Source: Octopus bimaculoides | Taxonomy: Eukaryota | Assembly (NCBI RefSeq): GCF_001194135.2 | Contig: NC_068992.1 | Coordinates: forward strand, 16,174,355-16,211,008 | DNA: 36,654 nucleotides | Reading direction: 5' to 3' | Shown here: positions 34,909 to 36,654 of the stretch, piece by piece | Layout of the letters: every line of letters begins with the position of its first letter | How positions within the stretch are numbered: the stretch's first letter is position 1 | Position numbers and translations under genes: made by a program | Notes under the pieces: generated by a model | The model's database searches: none | Told to the model about the DNA's origin: nothing | The model's input: only the letters and a program-made list of their open reading frames with translations

Positions 34909-35834
34909 TTTGCCCTACTATATTCGTCTAGGAACTAATTTCCAGGATTGTATTTTTTCCCAGAAGGCAATATTTGTCAAGTAAGCTAACTATTCAATCA
35001 AATAGCGTCGTATTTGTTGAATAACCCCAAAGCACAAAACATTCTTGCATTTTTAAAGTACTTCATTACTTCTTTATATCTCAGAGAGATATAGTATGAC
35101 AAATTCTGTAACAAAACTCAACCATTCAATTGCTCATGGAATCCACCGAATAATTCCCCACACAAAATTTCACTAGCAACGGTTTGGTTTGCCCGAAATT
35201 ATGTGAGAAAATAGAAGACGAAGATGCTCCACTGTAGGGTCAAGTCTGGCTGAACATGAATGTGCAGGATCTGAAAATTCATTCTATATATATATACACG
35301 TATAAACTCAACCCCAGGCACATATATACACGTACAATATACAGTACATGCACAAATCCACACATATTTACACGCAATATACTCTCACATGTAATATTCG
35401 TGTTTAGGCATTTCTATTCAGAATATTGACTTTTAATATAAAAATTTAACTCTCGAAAAATACTGTGAATTTTGAAATCATACTATATTAATGAAGATTG
35501 CAAGCCTGTGGGTATGGATATATATAGATGTGTGTGCGCGTGTGTGTATGTGTGTGTGAGCGTGTCTGTATATATACATATGTATATATATATATATATA
35601 TATANNNNNNNNNNNNNNNNNNNNNNNNNNNNNNNNNNNNNNNNNNNNNNNNNNNNNNNNNNNNNNNNNNNNNNNNNNNNNNNNNNNNNNNNNNNNNNNN
35701 NNNNNNNNNNNNNNNNNNNNNNNNNNNNNNNNNNNNNNNNNNNNNNNNNNNNNNNNNNNNNNNNNNNNNNNNNNNNNNNNNNNNNNNNNNNNNTATATAT
35801 ATATATATACATATACATATGTATATATACATGT

Positions 35835-35866
<32 letters not shown>

Positions 35867-36551
35867 TTATCCATGTATATAAGTATTTATGTATATGCAT
35901 GTGTATGTGTCTGTGCGTGTGTCTGTGCCGTTGTTTGTATGCGTGTGTCTGCTATGGCCGAGCAAGATAGTCTGAGGCAATAACATGAGAATTTTCAGAA
36001 ATTTAGATGTTTCATTATATCGCCTTGTTATATAACCTTTACTGCTTCAAATTTAATTTGTTAATGGTTCGTTGCAAATCTATTGGATTTTAGGCTTGCA
36101 TTGCACAAGAAATTAAGATCACAATAAACAGCTTACAACTCTTGAGTCTACGTATTTCATATTTACATTATCTAACGGTCCTAATGCGCTTTTTCCGGAA
36201 CATTAGCTACTTCACAGAATCTAGTTTTCACCTCTTTCATACCATACGTAAGTTAATTCTCCTAACACACTTAATATACATCGTGATCGAGTTAATCGTA
36301 TGAAACATGTCATCACTTATATATGTGTGTGTATGTGTGTGTGTATGTGTGTGTGTGTATGTGTGTGTGTGTGTATGTGTGTGTGCCAGTGTGTAGAATG
36401 CGAAGGCATTCATTAAGAACTTCCGAAGAAAAGTATCAAGAAGATAATATTAAAGTAATTTGTATAAAACCTAATATTTAAAGCTTTATGTGGTTCAAGA
36501 TCAACTGTTCCCCCAAATAATCACACCCACAGACACACACTCACACACCCA

Positions 36552-36596
<45 letters not shown>

Positions 36597-36654
36597 ATAA
36601 TGTACATATAGGGCTTATCTATATAAATAAATAAATAATATAGAAATAGATTAT

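Overview
AT-rich, microsatellite-saturated metazoan genomic DNA with nine N-gaps, each bordered by simple repeats. The SINE repertoire and the (AT)n/(GATA)n/(ATT)n landscape resemble Octopus (inference, from memory of those repeat families). No intact protein-coding gene was found, and most track ORFs are microsatellite or gap artefacts. Supported content: about 16 tRNA-derived SINE copies of four families; a decayed mariner transposon (25666-26730); four restriction-like-endonuclease (RLE) non-LTR fragments, two of them R4/Dong-like and bounded by (TAA)n; CR1/L2-like and RTE fragments; and several hammerhead-ribozyme (HHR) cores of the minimal Penelope-associated type. The most striking object is a 416-bp fold-back element (1558-1973) whose apex is a near-canonical type I hammerhead ribozyme, with helix I continuing into the long inverted repeat. 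All alignments and translations were done by eye. Family names are tentative until checked against Dfam/Repbase/Rfam.
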